DNA of 64,000 nucleotides from Acidimicrobiales bacterium. GTDB lineage: Bacteria > Actinomycetota > Acidimicrobiia > Acidimicrobiales > JAUJNH01. Below, in pieces: positions 18,375-26,620 of this stretch. A program made the position numbers and the translations under genes. The first letter of the stretch is position 1, and the number at the start of each line of letters is the position of its first letter. Under the pieces are notes generated by a model, which was not told the DNA's origin, ran no database searches, and was given only the letters and a program-made list of their open reading frames with translations. Location: positions 432-64,431 of the forward strand of contig JBBSKY010000004.1 of assembly GCA_038255915.1 (NCBI GenBank), written 5' to 3'.

Positions 18375-19438
18375 CCCCGATGCCAGACCCCGCCAAGGTG
18401 GACGAGGGCACGCCGACCGACCGGTCCGTGCGGGTTCACAAGGTGCCCAGGCTGCGCCCGTGGATCATCGCCGGGATCCTCGGCGCCTTTGCCGTCAGCT
18501 TCCAGCAGATCACCCAGCCCGACTACAACACCAACCGCCGGGCCACCCCCGACGAGTGGCTGTGGTTCGTCATCCCGGCCGTGGCCATGATGGGCTACGG
18601 CGGCTGGCGGGTGTGGCGCAGCCGCATCGAGACCAGTCCGCGGGGCCTGCGGGTCGTGCGGGCCGTCGACTCCGACGAGGTGCCGTGGGACCGGCTGGCC
18701 CGGGTCGAGCTGCGCCCCACCCCGAACCGGGCCGGCACCATGATCAGCGCCCGCCTGGTCGACCAGCGCCTGGTGCGCCTCGGCACCGTGCCTGGCCGCA
18801 AGCCCAGGCACCGGGCCCGGGCCGAGGCGTTCGTGGCCGCCCTCGACGCCGACCGGGCCCACTTCCAGCCGGGCCCGAGCGGCCCCGCAGAGCGGGAAAG
18901 CCCGGCAGCTTGCGCAAAACCTGACCAACATGGTCAACTTTCGCCCATGACCGCAACCGACGAGCTTCTGAAGCACAACGAGAGCTACGCCGCATCCTTC
19001 TCCAAGGGCGACCTGCCGATGCCCCCGGGCAAGAAGATGGCGGTGGTGGCCTGCATGGACGCCCGCCTGGATGTGGCCCGGGCCCTCGGCCTGGAGGAGG
19101 GCGACGCCCACGTGATCCGCAACGCCGGCGGCATCGTCACCGACGACGCCATCCGCAGCCTGGCCATCAGCCAGCGCCTGCTCGGCACCGAGGAGATCAT
19201 CCTCATCCACCACACCGACTGCGGCATGCTCACCTTCAAAGACGACGAGTTCAAGCAGCAGATCCTGGACGAGACGGGCCAGAAGCCGGCGTGGGCGGCA
19301 GAGTCGTTCTCCGACCTCGATGTCGACGTCAGGCAGAACGTCGCCCGCATCAAGGCGAACCCGTTCATCCCGAGGACCACCAGCATCCGCGGGTTCGTCT
19401 ACGAGGTCGAGTCGGGCAGGCTGCGCGAGGTCAGCTGA
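18371..19438 (+). CDS. Membrane bacterial-PH-domain protein continuous in frame with beta-carbonic anhydrase
   Basis: Two TM segments, GLRVV...EVPWDRL; no stop before the CA domain. Confidence 0.6.
   Translation: MTPMPDPAKVDEGTPTDRSVRVHKVPRLRPWIIAGILGAFAVSFQQITQPDYNTNRRATPDEWLWFVIPAVAMMGYGGWRVWRSRIETSPRGLRVVRAVDSDEVPWDRLARVELRPTPNRAGTMISARLVDQRLVRLGTVPGRKPRHRARAEAFVAALDADRAHFQPGPSGPAERESPAACAKPDQHGQLSPMTATDELLKHNESYAASFSKGDLPMPPGKKMAVVACMDARLDVARALGLEEGDAHVIRNAGGIVTDDAIRSLAISQRLLGTEEIILIHHTDCGMLTFKDDEFKQQILDETGQKPAWAAESFSDLDVDVRQNVARIKANPFIPRTTSIRGFVYEVESGRLREVS
18947..19438 (+). CDS. Beta-class carbonic anhydrase (probably also translated from its own ATG)
   Basis: ACMDARL, RNAGG, HHTDCGM zinc ligands. 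Confidence 0.92.
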   Translation: MTATDELLKHNESYAASFSKGDLPMPPGKKMAVVACMDARLDVARALGLEEGDAHVIRNAGGIVTDDAIRSLAISQRLLGTEEIILIHHTDCGMLTFKDDEFKQQILDETGQKPAWAAESFSDLDVDVRQNVARIKANPFIPRTTSIRGFVYEVESGRLREVS

Positions 19439-19607
19439 CCCGGGGAGGCACCCAGTCGGCGTCCGGCGGGGTGCGGTACCGGTAGGTCGACCCGCACGAG
19501 CTGCAGGAATAGGTGTCGGTGCCGAAGGGGCCGCCCTGCTCGGTCATGTCCACCCCCACCTTGCAGGTGGGGCAGACCGCTTCGGTGAGCTCGATGTCGT
19601 CAGCCAT
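19431..19607 (-). CDS. 58-aa zinc-ribbon protein (not in ORF track)
   Basis: MADDIELTEAVCPTCKVGVDMTEQGGPFGTDTYSCSSCGSTYRYRTPPDADWVPPRVS*; TAGGTT 6 nt before ATG. Confidence 0.7.
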   Translation of the reverse strand: MADDIELTEAVCPTCKVGVDMTEQGGPFGTDTYSCSSCGSTYRYRTPPDADWVPPRVS

Positions 19608-19634
19608 GGGCCAAACCTAAGCGGCGGGCCGGCG

Positions 19635-20906
19635 CTACCGCTCAGCCCACGGGTCGGACCGCCGGCGCAGCAGCCTGGTGGCCGTGGCCCGGGCCCGGCC
19701 GGCCGCCGGCGGGGTGGCGCCCGGCCGGTCGACCGGGGCCTGGGCGGCGGCGATGGCGGCCAGGCCGGTGGTGATCGGCACCGACAGCACCAGCCCGATC
19801 GCCCCGACCAGGCCGCGCACCACCTCCTCGGCCACCAGGCTGCTCGTGATCACGTCGCCGAAGGAGCGGTCGGCCAGCGAGAAGAAGATGAGCAGGGGCA
19901 GGGCGGCGCCGGCGTAGGCCAGGATCAGGGTGTCGACGGTGGCGCCGATGTGGTCGCGGCCGACCTGCATCCCCTGGCGGTAGAGCTGGACCGGCTGCAG
20001 GGTGGGGTCGGCCAGGTGCAGCTGCCACACCGTCGAGGCCTGGGTGATGGTGACGTCGTTGAGCACGCCGAGCCCACCGATGATGATGCCGCCGATGAGC
20101 AGGCCTCGCAGGTCGACCTGGCCGGCCAGCGCCGTCAGGGTGAGCGCCTCCTCGGTGCCGGCCCCGCTGAGCCGTGACGCCGAGGTGGCCCAGGTGGCCA
20201 GCACGCCGGTGACCAGGAGGCTGAGGAGCGTGCCCACGAGCGCGGTGGAGGAGCGGACGGTGATGCCGTGGGCCAGGTAGAAGACGACGAACATGGTGAC
20301 CGAGGCGCCCACGATGCACACCGCCAGCGGGTCCTTGCCGTCGAGGATGGCCGGCAGCACGAACTTGGCCAGCACGGCCAGCGTGGCGGCCAGGCCCACC
20401 AGGGCGGCCAGGCCCTTCCACCGGGCCAGCGCCACCACCAGCACCGAGAACACCACGGCCAGCAGCAGCAGCGGGCGGCCGCGCTGGAAGTCGACGAAGG
20501 TGTAGGAGTCGGGGCCTGAGGGCTGCACCACGACGCGGTCGCCCTGGCCGAGCGTGGGGATCCCCGGGTTGGCCAGGACGTTGAAGACCAGCTCGGTGGG
20601 CAGCCCGGCGTCCGGCCCGCTCGAAAGGCGCAGGCCCACGACCTGGCAGGCCGACTCGGCGCCCCCCTGTTCGGGTGGGCAGGCGCCGAAGGTGGACCGC
20701 TCGACCACCGCCTTCACCGCGGTGGCGGGCGAGCCGATCTCGGGTGGCACCTCGGGGTCGCGCTCGGGCCACAGCAGCACCAGCCCCACCAGGGTGCCGA
20801 TGGCGAGCGGGGTGATGATGAGCAGCAGGAGGCGGCGGACGGCCCGATCGGCGGCCCGGCTGCGGGGGTCATCGCCCTCGACGTGGTGGTGGTGGTCGGC
20901 GGCCAA
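19635..20906 (-). CDS. YibE/F family membrane protein
   Basis: His-rich N-terminus, DFQRG, GLGVLNDVTITQAS, GRDHI, LAYAGAALPLL; start TTG 20906 or further upstream. Confidence 0.9.
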   Translation of the reverse strand: MAADHHHHVEGDDPRSRAADRAVRRLLLLIITPLAIGTLVGLVLLWPERDPEVPPEIGSPATAVKAVVERSTFGACPPEQGGAESACQVVGLRLSSGPDAGLPTELVFNVLANPGIPTLGQGDRVVVQPSGPDSYTFVDFQRGRPLLLLAVVFSVLVVALARWKGLAALVGLAATLAVLAKFVLPAILDGKDPLAVCIVGASVTMFVVFYLAHGITVRSSTALVGTLLSLLVTGVLATWATSASRLSGAGTEEALTLTALAGQVDLRGLLIGGIIIGGLGVLNDVTITQASTVWQLHLADPTLQPVQLYRQGMQVGRDHIGATVDTLILAYAGAALPLLIFFSLADRSFGDVITSSLVAEEVVRGLVGAIGLVLSVPITTGLAAIAAAQAPVDRPGATPPAAGRARATATRLLRRRSDPWAER

Positions 20907-21019
20907 CGCCCCATCCTCGCCACAACCCGGCCCGGCCGCGCGGATGCCCGCCAACCGACACTGCCCACACCACCCACGGCGAGGGCTGTTTGCACGATCA
21001 GGGGCTCAGGTCCCCGGGG

Positions 21020-21334
21020 TCAGATCTCCAGCTCGAAGACGTGGTCGAGGCGCAGGAGCCGCAGCTCGTGCAGCAGGTGAGGGGTGGCGTGGCGCAGCAC
21101 CAGCGAGCCCGAGCGCTCCTCCTGCAACCGCCGGGCGGCGTCGGCGAGCACGGCCAGCCCGGTCGCCCCGATGAATTGGGCCTTGGCCACATCGACCACC
21201 AGCACCTGGGTGCCCACCTCGATCCGGCCCCGCAGCTCGGCCTCCATCCGGGCCGCCACGGGGCCCTGGATCCTCCCCTCCACCACGACCACCCCCATCG
21301 GAGGTGCCGTCGACGAGGGTTCGGTCACCGTCAT
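21020..21334 (-). CDS. STAS domain protein (anti-anti-sigma-like)
   Basis: VVVVEGRI, VVDVAKAQFIGATGLAVL, LRLLRLDHVF. Confidence 0.8.
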   Translation of the reverse strand: MTVTEPSSTAPPMGVVVVEGRIQGPVAARMEAELRGRIEVGTQVLVVDVAKAQFIGATGLAVLADAARRLQEERSGSLVLRHATPHLLHELRLLRLDHVFELEI

Positions 21335-21372
21335 GAGGACCCCACTACCCGCATGAGGACCCCACTACCCGC
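21332..21372. repeat. Exact 20-bp tandem duplication covering the -10 element and ATG of the STAS gene
   Basis: CATGAGGACCCCACTACCCG twice. Confidence 0.95.
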
Positions 21373-21391
21373 TCGGCCCCTGGTGCAAAAC
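21365..21391 (-). promoter_or_regulatory. SigF/SigB-type promoter
   Basis: GTTT-N17-GGGTAG upstream of the STAS gene. Confidence 0.6.
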
Positions 21392-21524
21392 GAACTTCAC
21401 ACATCGCTGCGAAAACCTAGCGGGGCGGCGGTGCCGGCGCAAGGGATCGGGCCGCGAAACGGACGAGAAAGCTCAGAATCAGGCCGTGGCGGCGGGTACG
21501 GGGCCGACGTGATCGACTGTGGGG

Positions 21525-22157
21525 ATGCCCCTCGACCTCACCCCCGTCGAGGTGCGGGTGGTGGCCAGCCTCCTCGAGAAGGAGGCGACGACCCCCGACG
21601 CCTATCCGCTCACCCGCAACGCCCTGGTCGCCGCGTGCAACCAGTCGACCGGTCGGGCCCCGGTCCTGCAGCTCGACCACGCCGAGGTCGAGGCCGCCGT
21701 GGTCACCCTGAAGGAGCGGGGTTTGGTGCGCTTCGTCCACCCCTCTCACGGCGGTCGCAGCGAGAAGTACCGCCACGTCCTGCCCGAGGCGCTCGAGCTG
21801 GGCCGCCCCGAGGTCGCTGTCCTGTGCCTCCTGGCCCTGCGGGGCCCGCAGACGCCGGGCGAGCTGAAATCGCGCTCGGACCGGCTCCACGGCTTCGCCC
21901 ACCTCGACGACGTCCAACGGGCCCTCGAGGCGCTGGCGGACCGGCCCGAGGCGCTGGCCACCCGCCTGCCCCGCCGGCTGGGCCAGAAGGAGCTGCGGTG
22001 GGCCCACCTGCTGTGCGGGGCGCCCCGCGACGTGGACGAGGTGGAGCGGCCGCTGGTGCCGCCGCGCCGGGACAACCGGCTGGCCGACCTCGAGGACCGG
22101 GTGGCCGAGCTCGAGGCGGGCCTGGCCGAGATCAGGGCCAGCCTCGGTGTGGTCTAG
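21525..22157 (+). CDS. DUF480/YceH family protein
   Basis: LLEKEATTPDAYPLT.NAL..ACNQ, LRGPQTPGEL, RWAHLL. Confidence 0.92.
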   Translation: MPLDLTPVEVRVVASLLEKEATTPDAYPLTRNALVAACNQSTGRAPVLQLDHAEVEAAVVTLKERGLVRFVHPSHGGRSEKYRHVLPEALELGRPEVAVLCLLALRGPQTPGELKSRSDRLHGFAHLDDVQRALEALADRPEALATRLPRRLGQKELRWAHLLCGAPRDVDEVERPLVPPRRDNRLADLEDRVAELEAGLAEIRASLGVV

Positions 22158-22429
22158 AACAGCTCGAGCTGGTCGCCGCGGGTCATGCGCTCGGACAGGG
22201 GCTCCCAGCGGGCGCCGCCCTTCGGCCCGGAGGCGGCCACCTCCACCAACCCGGCCGGTAGGGCGCGGGCGGCGCCGTCGTCGTCGCGCACCCCGATGCT
22301 GCCGTCGCGCTCGATGCGCTCCAGGCGACCCCGGCGCCAGCGGCCGCGGGTCACCCGGCGGAAGCGGACGGCCTCGCCGGCCCGCAGCCCGAAGGCGGCC
22401 AGGTCGACACCCGCGACCCCCTCGACCAC
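22154..22429 (-). CDS. Small SH3-like hypothetical protein ending in QLELF
   Basis: GEAVRFRR...ERDGSIGVRD..G..RAL; TAGCCT 8 nt before GTG. Confidence 0.65.
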   Translation of the reverse strand: MVEGVAGVDLAAFGLRAGEAVRFRRVTRGRWRRGRLERIERDGSIGVRDDDGAARALPAGLVEVAASGPKGGARWEPLSERMTRGDQLELF

Positions 22430-22505
22430 GGGCCGGGAGGCTACCGCCGCCCGCTCGGCCGTGACCGCAGGGCAGGCGACCTGACCGGTAACGTTCGGCT
22501 TCGCC

Positions 22506-24668
22506 ATGCGCCCGCTCGTCCGCTTCCTCCTGGTCGTCAGCGTGGCCTCGGTGCTGCTGGCCGCCGGGCTCGGGGCGCTGTCGATCCCCTACCGGGGGGT
22601 CACCTCCGACCTGTGGCTGGCCAAGGCCTCGAAGCTGGGCGAGCTCACCGAGCTGAGCCAGCCGTCGTTCGTCTATGACCGCAACGGCGAATTCCTCACC
22701 GTGCTGAAGGCCGACGAGTACCGCAAGCCGGTGGCCCTGGCGGCGGTGCCCGCCGTCATGCGTGACGCCATCCTCGACGTCGAGGACGCCGACTTCTACG
22801 AGCATGACGGCTTCGACATGAAGAGCACCGCCCGGGCCGTGCTCAGCAACGCCGACGCCGGCAGCATCCGCCAGGGCGGCTCCACCATCACCCAGCAGCT
22901 GGTGAAGAAGACCCTGCTCACCGACGAGCGGTCGGTCGACCGCAAGGTGAAGGAGGCGGTGATCGCCACCCGCCTCGAGAAGGAGATGACCAAGGACCAG
23001 ATCCTCGAGCACTACCTGAACCTCGTCTACTTCGGCAACGGCGCCTACGGCGTGGGGGCGGCCACCGAGACCTACTTCAACCTCCCGCTGGCCGAGATCG
23101 GCCCCGGCCAGGCCGCCCTGCTGGCCGGGCTGATCCGCAACCCGCTGGCCAACGACCCGTTCCGCAACCCCGAGCAGGCCATGTCCCGGCGGGCCACCGC
23201 CCTGTCGCAGATGGTGGAGCGGGGCCACCTGTCAGCCGAGGAGGCCGACAAGCTCAAGGAGACCCCGCTGCCGGCGGCGCCCAATAAGCCCCAGGAGCGC
23301 CAGGGCTACTTCCTCGAGGCCATGAAGCAGCGGCTGCTCGACGACTCCCGCCTGGGCGAGACCGCCGTCGACCGCTACGACACGGTGTTCCGGGGCGGCC
23401 TGAAGATCTACACGACCTTCGACCCCCGGGCCCAGCAGCTGGCCGAGGAGACCACCAAGGCCGGGGTGCCGCCCCCGGGCCGCTCGAACCCGATGGGGGC
23501 CATCGCCGCCCTGGTCACGCTGGACCCGGGTGACGGCGCCGTGCGGGCCGTGGTCGGAGGTCCCGGGTTCTCCGAGGAGAACAAGTTCGACATCGCCACC
23601 CAGGGCTACCGCCAGCCCGGGTCCACCTTCAAGCTGTTCACCCTCCTCGCCGCCCTCGAGGCGGGCTACGGCCCGGGCTCCACCGTCGACGGCAGCGGCC
23701 CGTGCCTGGTGAACGAGGGACGCAGCAAGCGCAGCCGCCGGTCGGTGCTGAGCAAGGACAACATCATCAACAACGCCGGCGACGGGGTGGGCGGCGGCAC
23801 CATGTCGATGACGTCGGCCACTGCCGGCTCGGTGAACTGCGCCTTCGAGCGGATGGCCGCCACTATCGGCTTCCCCAAGGTGATCGACATGGCCAAGCGC
23901 CTCGGCCTTGGCCAGAACCCGCGCTACCCGATCGAGAACGTGCCGACCATGCCGATCGGTGTGGAGGAGGCCACGCCTCTCGAGATGGCCGCCGCCTACG
24001 CGGCGGTGGCCAACGACGGCGTGTACCACGCCCCCACCTTCGTCGACCGGGTCGAGGACCGCACCGGCAAGGTCCTGTTCAAGGGGGCGGGGGAGGGCAA
24101 GCGGGTGCTGCCGATCGCCGTGGCCCGCACCGCCGCCGACATCCAGACCGGCGTCTTCGGGGGCACGGCCACCTGCTGCCGGCTCGGCGGCAACCGGCCG
24201 GCGGCGGGCAAGACGGGCACCACCGACGGCTCGAAGAACACCTGGTTCGCCGGGTACACCCCCAACAACACCACCGTGGTGTGGGTCGGGGTGCCCCGTG
24301 GGAACGTGTCGATGCAGGGCCTGGGCGGGCGGGGCGCGGTGTACGGCGCCACCTTCGCCGCTCCCATCTGGAAGAAGTTCACCGACGCCTACATGGCGGG
24401 CAAGCCGGCCCCCGACTTCGCCAAGGTCCCCGCCAAGTCCGGCATCGGCAGCCGCCCGTTCGTGGTCCCCCCGGGGGCCCCGATCCTGCCGGGCAGCGGG
24501 AGCGCGCCGACCAGCACCAGGTCCCGCAGCGCCACCACCAAGGTCGCGCCCGCCACGACCAAGCCAGCGGCGCCCACGACCAAGGGCGGCGCGGCCACGA
24601 CGGTCCCCCAGGGCACGACCAAGACGACCAAGACGACCAAGACGACCAGGTCCACCAGGGGCCGCTGA
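22506..24668 (+). CDS. Class A penicillin-binding protein (transglycosylase/transpeptidase)
   Basis: EDADFYEH, QGGSTITQQLVK, YLNLVYFG; STFK, SVN, KTG motifs; Thr/Lys-rich tail. Confidence 0.95.
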   Translation: MRPLVRFLLVVSVASVLLAAGLGALSIPYRGVTSDLWLAKASKLGELTELSQPSFVYDRNGEFLTVLKADEYRKPVALAAVPAVMRDAILDVEDADFYEHDGFDMKSTARAVLSNADAGSIRQGGSTITQQLVKKTLLTDERSVDRKVKEAVIATRLEKEMTKDQILEHYLNLVYFGNGAYGVGAATETYFNLPLAEIGPGQAALLAGLIRNPLANDPFRNPEQAMSRRATALSQMVERGHLSAEEADKLKETPLPAAPNKPQERQGYFLEAMKQRLLDDSRLGETAVDRYDTVFRGGLKIYTTFDPRAQQLAEETTKAGVPPPGRSNPMGAIAALVTLDPGDGAVRAVVGGPGFSEENKFDIATQGYRQPGSTFKLFTLLAALEAGYGPGSTVDGSGPCLVNEGRSKRSRRSVLSKDNIINNAGDGVGGGTMSMTSATAGSVNCAFERMAATIGFPKVIDMAKRLGLGQNPRYPIENVPTMPIGVEEATPLEMAAAYAAVANDGVYHAPTFVDRVEDRTGKVLFKGAGEGKRVLPIAVARTAADIQTGVFGGTATCCRLGGNRPAAGKTGTTDGSKNTWFAGYTPNNTTVVWVGVPRGNVSMQGLGGRGAVYGATFAAPIWKKFTDAYMAGKPAPDFAKVPAKSGIGSRPFVVPPGAPILPGSGSAPTSTRSRSATTKVAPATTKPAAPTTKGGAATTVPQGTTKTTKTTKTTRSTRGR

Positions 24669-25390
24669 TGGCCGCGCCCGACCAGGAGGCCCTGCTCCTG
24701 GTGCAGGCGGCCGACACCTCAGCCGACCAGCTGCGCCACCGCCGGTCGCACCTGGAGGAGCGGGCGGCGGTGGCCGCGGCCGAGACGGCGGCGGTGGCGG
24801 CCAAGCGGGCCGACGAGGAGGCGGCCGGGCGGCTGGCCGTGCTGGCGGCCCGCCAGGCCGAGCTGGAAGCCCATCTGGCCACCACCGACGCCCGGGCCAC
24901 GGCCGTCGAGGCCCGGCTGCGCTCGGGAGAGTCGACGGCGGCCCGGGACATCGTGCGCTGGGGGGAGGAGGTGGCTCACCTGCGCGAGCGGTCCACCTCC
25001 TTCGAGGACCAGGCCTTCGAGGCGCTGGTCGAGCGCGAGGCCGCCGAGGCCGAGGCCGCCGCCGCCGCCCAGCGGCTGGCCGAGGCGGTGGCCGCGGTGC
25101 GCTTGCACCGGGGCGCGCTGGCCGTGGCCGAGCAGGCGGTCGACGTCGAGCTGGCCCGGGTGGCGGCGGACAGGGCAGGCCGGGCCAGCGCCGTGCCGCC
25201 CGAGCTGCTGGCCCGCTACGACAAGCTGCGGGCCCACCTGGGCGGCACCGGCGCCGCCCGCCTCGAGGACGGCAAGTGCGGCGGCTGCCACCTGGCCCTG
25301 TCGCCCCGCGACCTCGACGACGCCCGGAGGGCGCCGGCCGGGGAGGTGCTGACCTGCGACGCCTGCGGTCGCATCCTCGTCCGGGTCTGA
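24668..25390 (+). CDS. Coiled-coil C4 zinc-ribbon protein (DUF164 type)
   Basis: Long coiled coil, LLARYDKLR, CGGC...CDACGRIL. Confidence 0.88.
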   Translation: MAAPDQEALLLVQAADTSADQLRHRRSHLEERAAVAAAETAAVAAKRADEEAAGRLAVLAARQAELEAHLATTDARATAVEARLRSGESTAARDIVRWGEEVAHLRERSTSFEDQAFEALVEREAAEAEAAAAAQRLAEAVAAVRLHRGALAVAEQAVDVELARVAADRAGRASAVPPELLARYDKLRAHLGGTGAARLEDGKCGGCHLALSPRDLDDARRAPAGEVLTCDACGRILVRV

Positions 25391-25396
25391 GCGTCC

Positions 25397-25900
25397 GTGC
25401 TGCTCTGGTTCGCCGGGCTCTCCTTCGTGCTCGTCGTGGCGGTCTTCCGCGACGCCGCCCTCGACGAGCGGCTGGTCATGGCCGCGGCCACGGTGCCGGC
25501 CGTGCTCGACCTGACGGTCGGCGGCGTCCGCCCTCTCCACACCCTGGCCTTCCCGATCGGGCTGCTCACAGTGGTGATGGTGGGCACCATCGGCCGTCGG
25601 CCCCTGCGGCGGCACCTCCTGGCCCTGCCGATCGGGGCCTTCATGAACCTGGTGCTCGACGGGATGTGGTCGTCGACCCGGCTGATCGCCTGGCCGCTCG
25701 GCGGCCTGTCGTTCGGCGACGAGCAGCTGCCCACCCTCGGCCGCCCCTGGCCCCTGCGCCTGGCCATGGAGCTGGCCGGGCTGGCGGCACTGTGGTGGTG
25801 CGTGCACCGCTTCCGGCTGCTGGAGCCGCAGAACCGGGAGCGGTTCCTCCGCTCGGGCCGCCTCGACCGGACCCTGATCGGGCCGTCCGGCCGCAGCTGA
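25397..25900 (+). CDS. Hypothetical membrane protein
   Basis: Multi-TM ORF continuing the operon; HTL and LVLDGMW resemble metal-dependent hydrolase membrane proteins. Confidence 0.7.
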   Translation: MLLWFAGLSFVLVVAVFRDAALDERLVMAAATVPAVLDLTVGGVRPLHTLAFPIGLLTVVMVGTIGRRPLRRHLLALPIGAFMNLVLDGMWSSTRLIAWPLGGLSFGDEQLPTLGRPWPLRLAMELAGLAALWWCVHRFRLLEPQNRERFLRSGRLDRTLIGPSGRS

Positions 25901-25931
25901 CGCGGCACGCCCAACGCTGAGCCGCGTGGGC

Positions 25932-26213
25932 TCAGCCCACCGACCCGTAGGTGCTGCACAGGCCCGAGGCGTTGATGAGCAGGAAGGCGGCCAGCACGAC
26001 GCCGATCACGATCCGCTGGCGCCGGCCCGAGGTGCGCCGCAGCGGCCGGGGCATGTACCAGGCGGGCAGCAGGTGAGGCTCGGCGTCGGCCTCGGCCCAG
26101 ATGCTCACGGCCCCGGGGCCGACGGCGGTGTCGGGGTCGGCGGCCAGGGCGAGCGCGGTGAGCTCGTCGTCGGAGACCGGCCGCTCGTCCTCGGCTGGAG
26201 CGGCTGTCGGCAC
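25932..26213 (-). CDS. Small hypothetical membrane protein
   Basis: DDELTALALAADP, LLPAWYMP, TM, GLCSTYG. Confidence 0.65.
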   Translation of the reverse strand: MPTAAPAEDERPVSDDELTALALAADPDTAVGPGAVSIWAEADAEPHLLPAWYMPRPLRRTSGRRQRIVIGVVLAAFLLINASGLCSTYGSVG

Positions 26214-26351
26214 CTCGGCTCCCCTCAGGGCGGACGGGCCGCCGCACCCGGTGCCGACAGTACCGCCCGGGGCGCTGCTGTCCGCAGCAGCCGGGCCCCC
26301 GCGGGCAGAACAGGGGGATAGGCTGCGACGACTGCCGATCGAGGGGGAAGC

Positions 26352-26588
26352 ATGGCTGACGAGGTGCCCGGGGGCGTCGTGAAGATCATCGAGCTGGTGG
26401 GCAGCTCGCCGAGCTCGTTCAGCGATGCCGTCCGCAGCGCGGTGGCCACCGCGTCAAAGACCCTTCGCAACATCACCGGGGTCGACGTGATCTCGAGCAG
26501 CGCCACCGTCGAGAACGGCAAGATCAGCCTCTACAAGGTGCAGGTCAAGATCGCCTTTGTGCTGGATCCGGGCGGGGCAGGGGAGTAG
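26352..26588 (+). CDS. Dodecin family protein
   Basis: KIIELVGSS..SF.DA, ASKTLRNI, YKVQVKIAF. Confidence 0.9.
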   Translation: MADEVPGGVVKIIELVGSSPSSFSDAVRSAVATASKTLRNITGVDVISSSATVENGKISLYKVQVKIAFVLDPGGAGE

Positions 26589-26620
26589 CGGTCCGGCACA
26601 GGTCGAGGTCGGAGCGGGGG

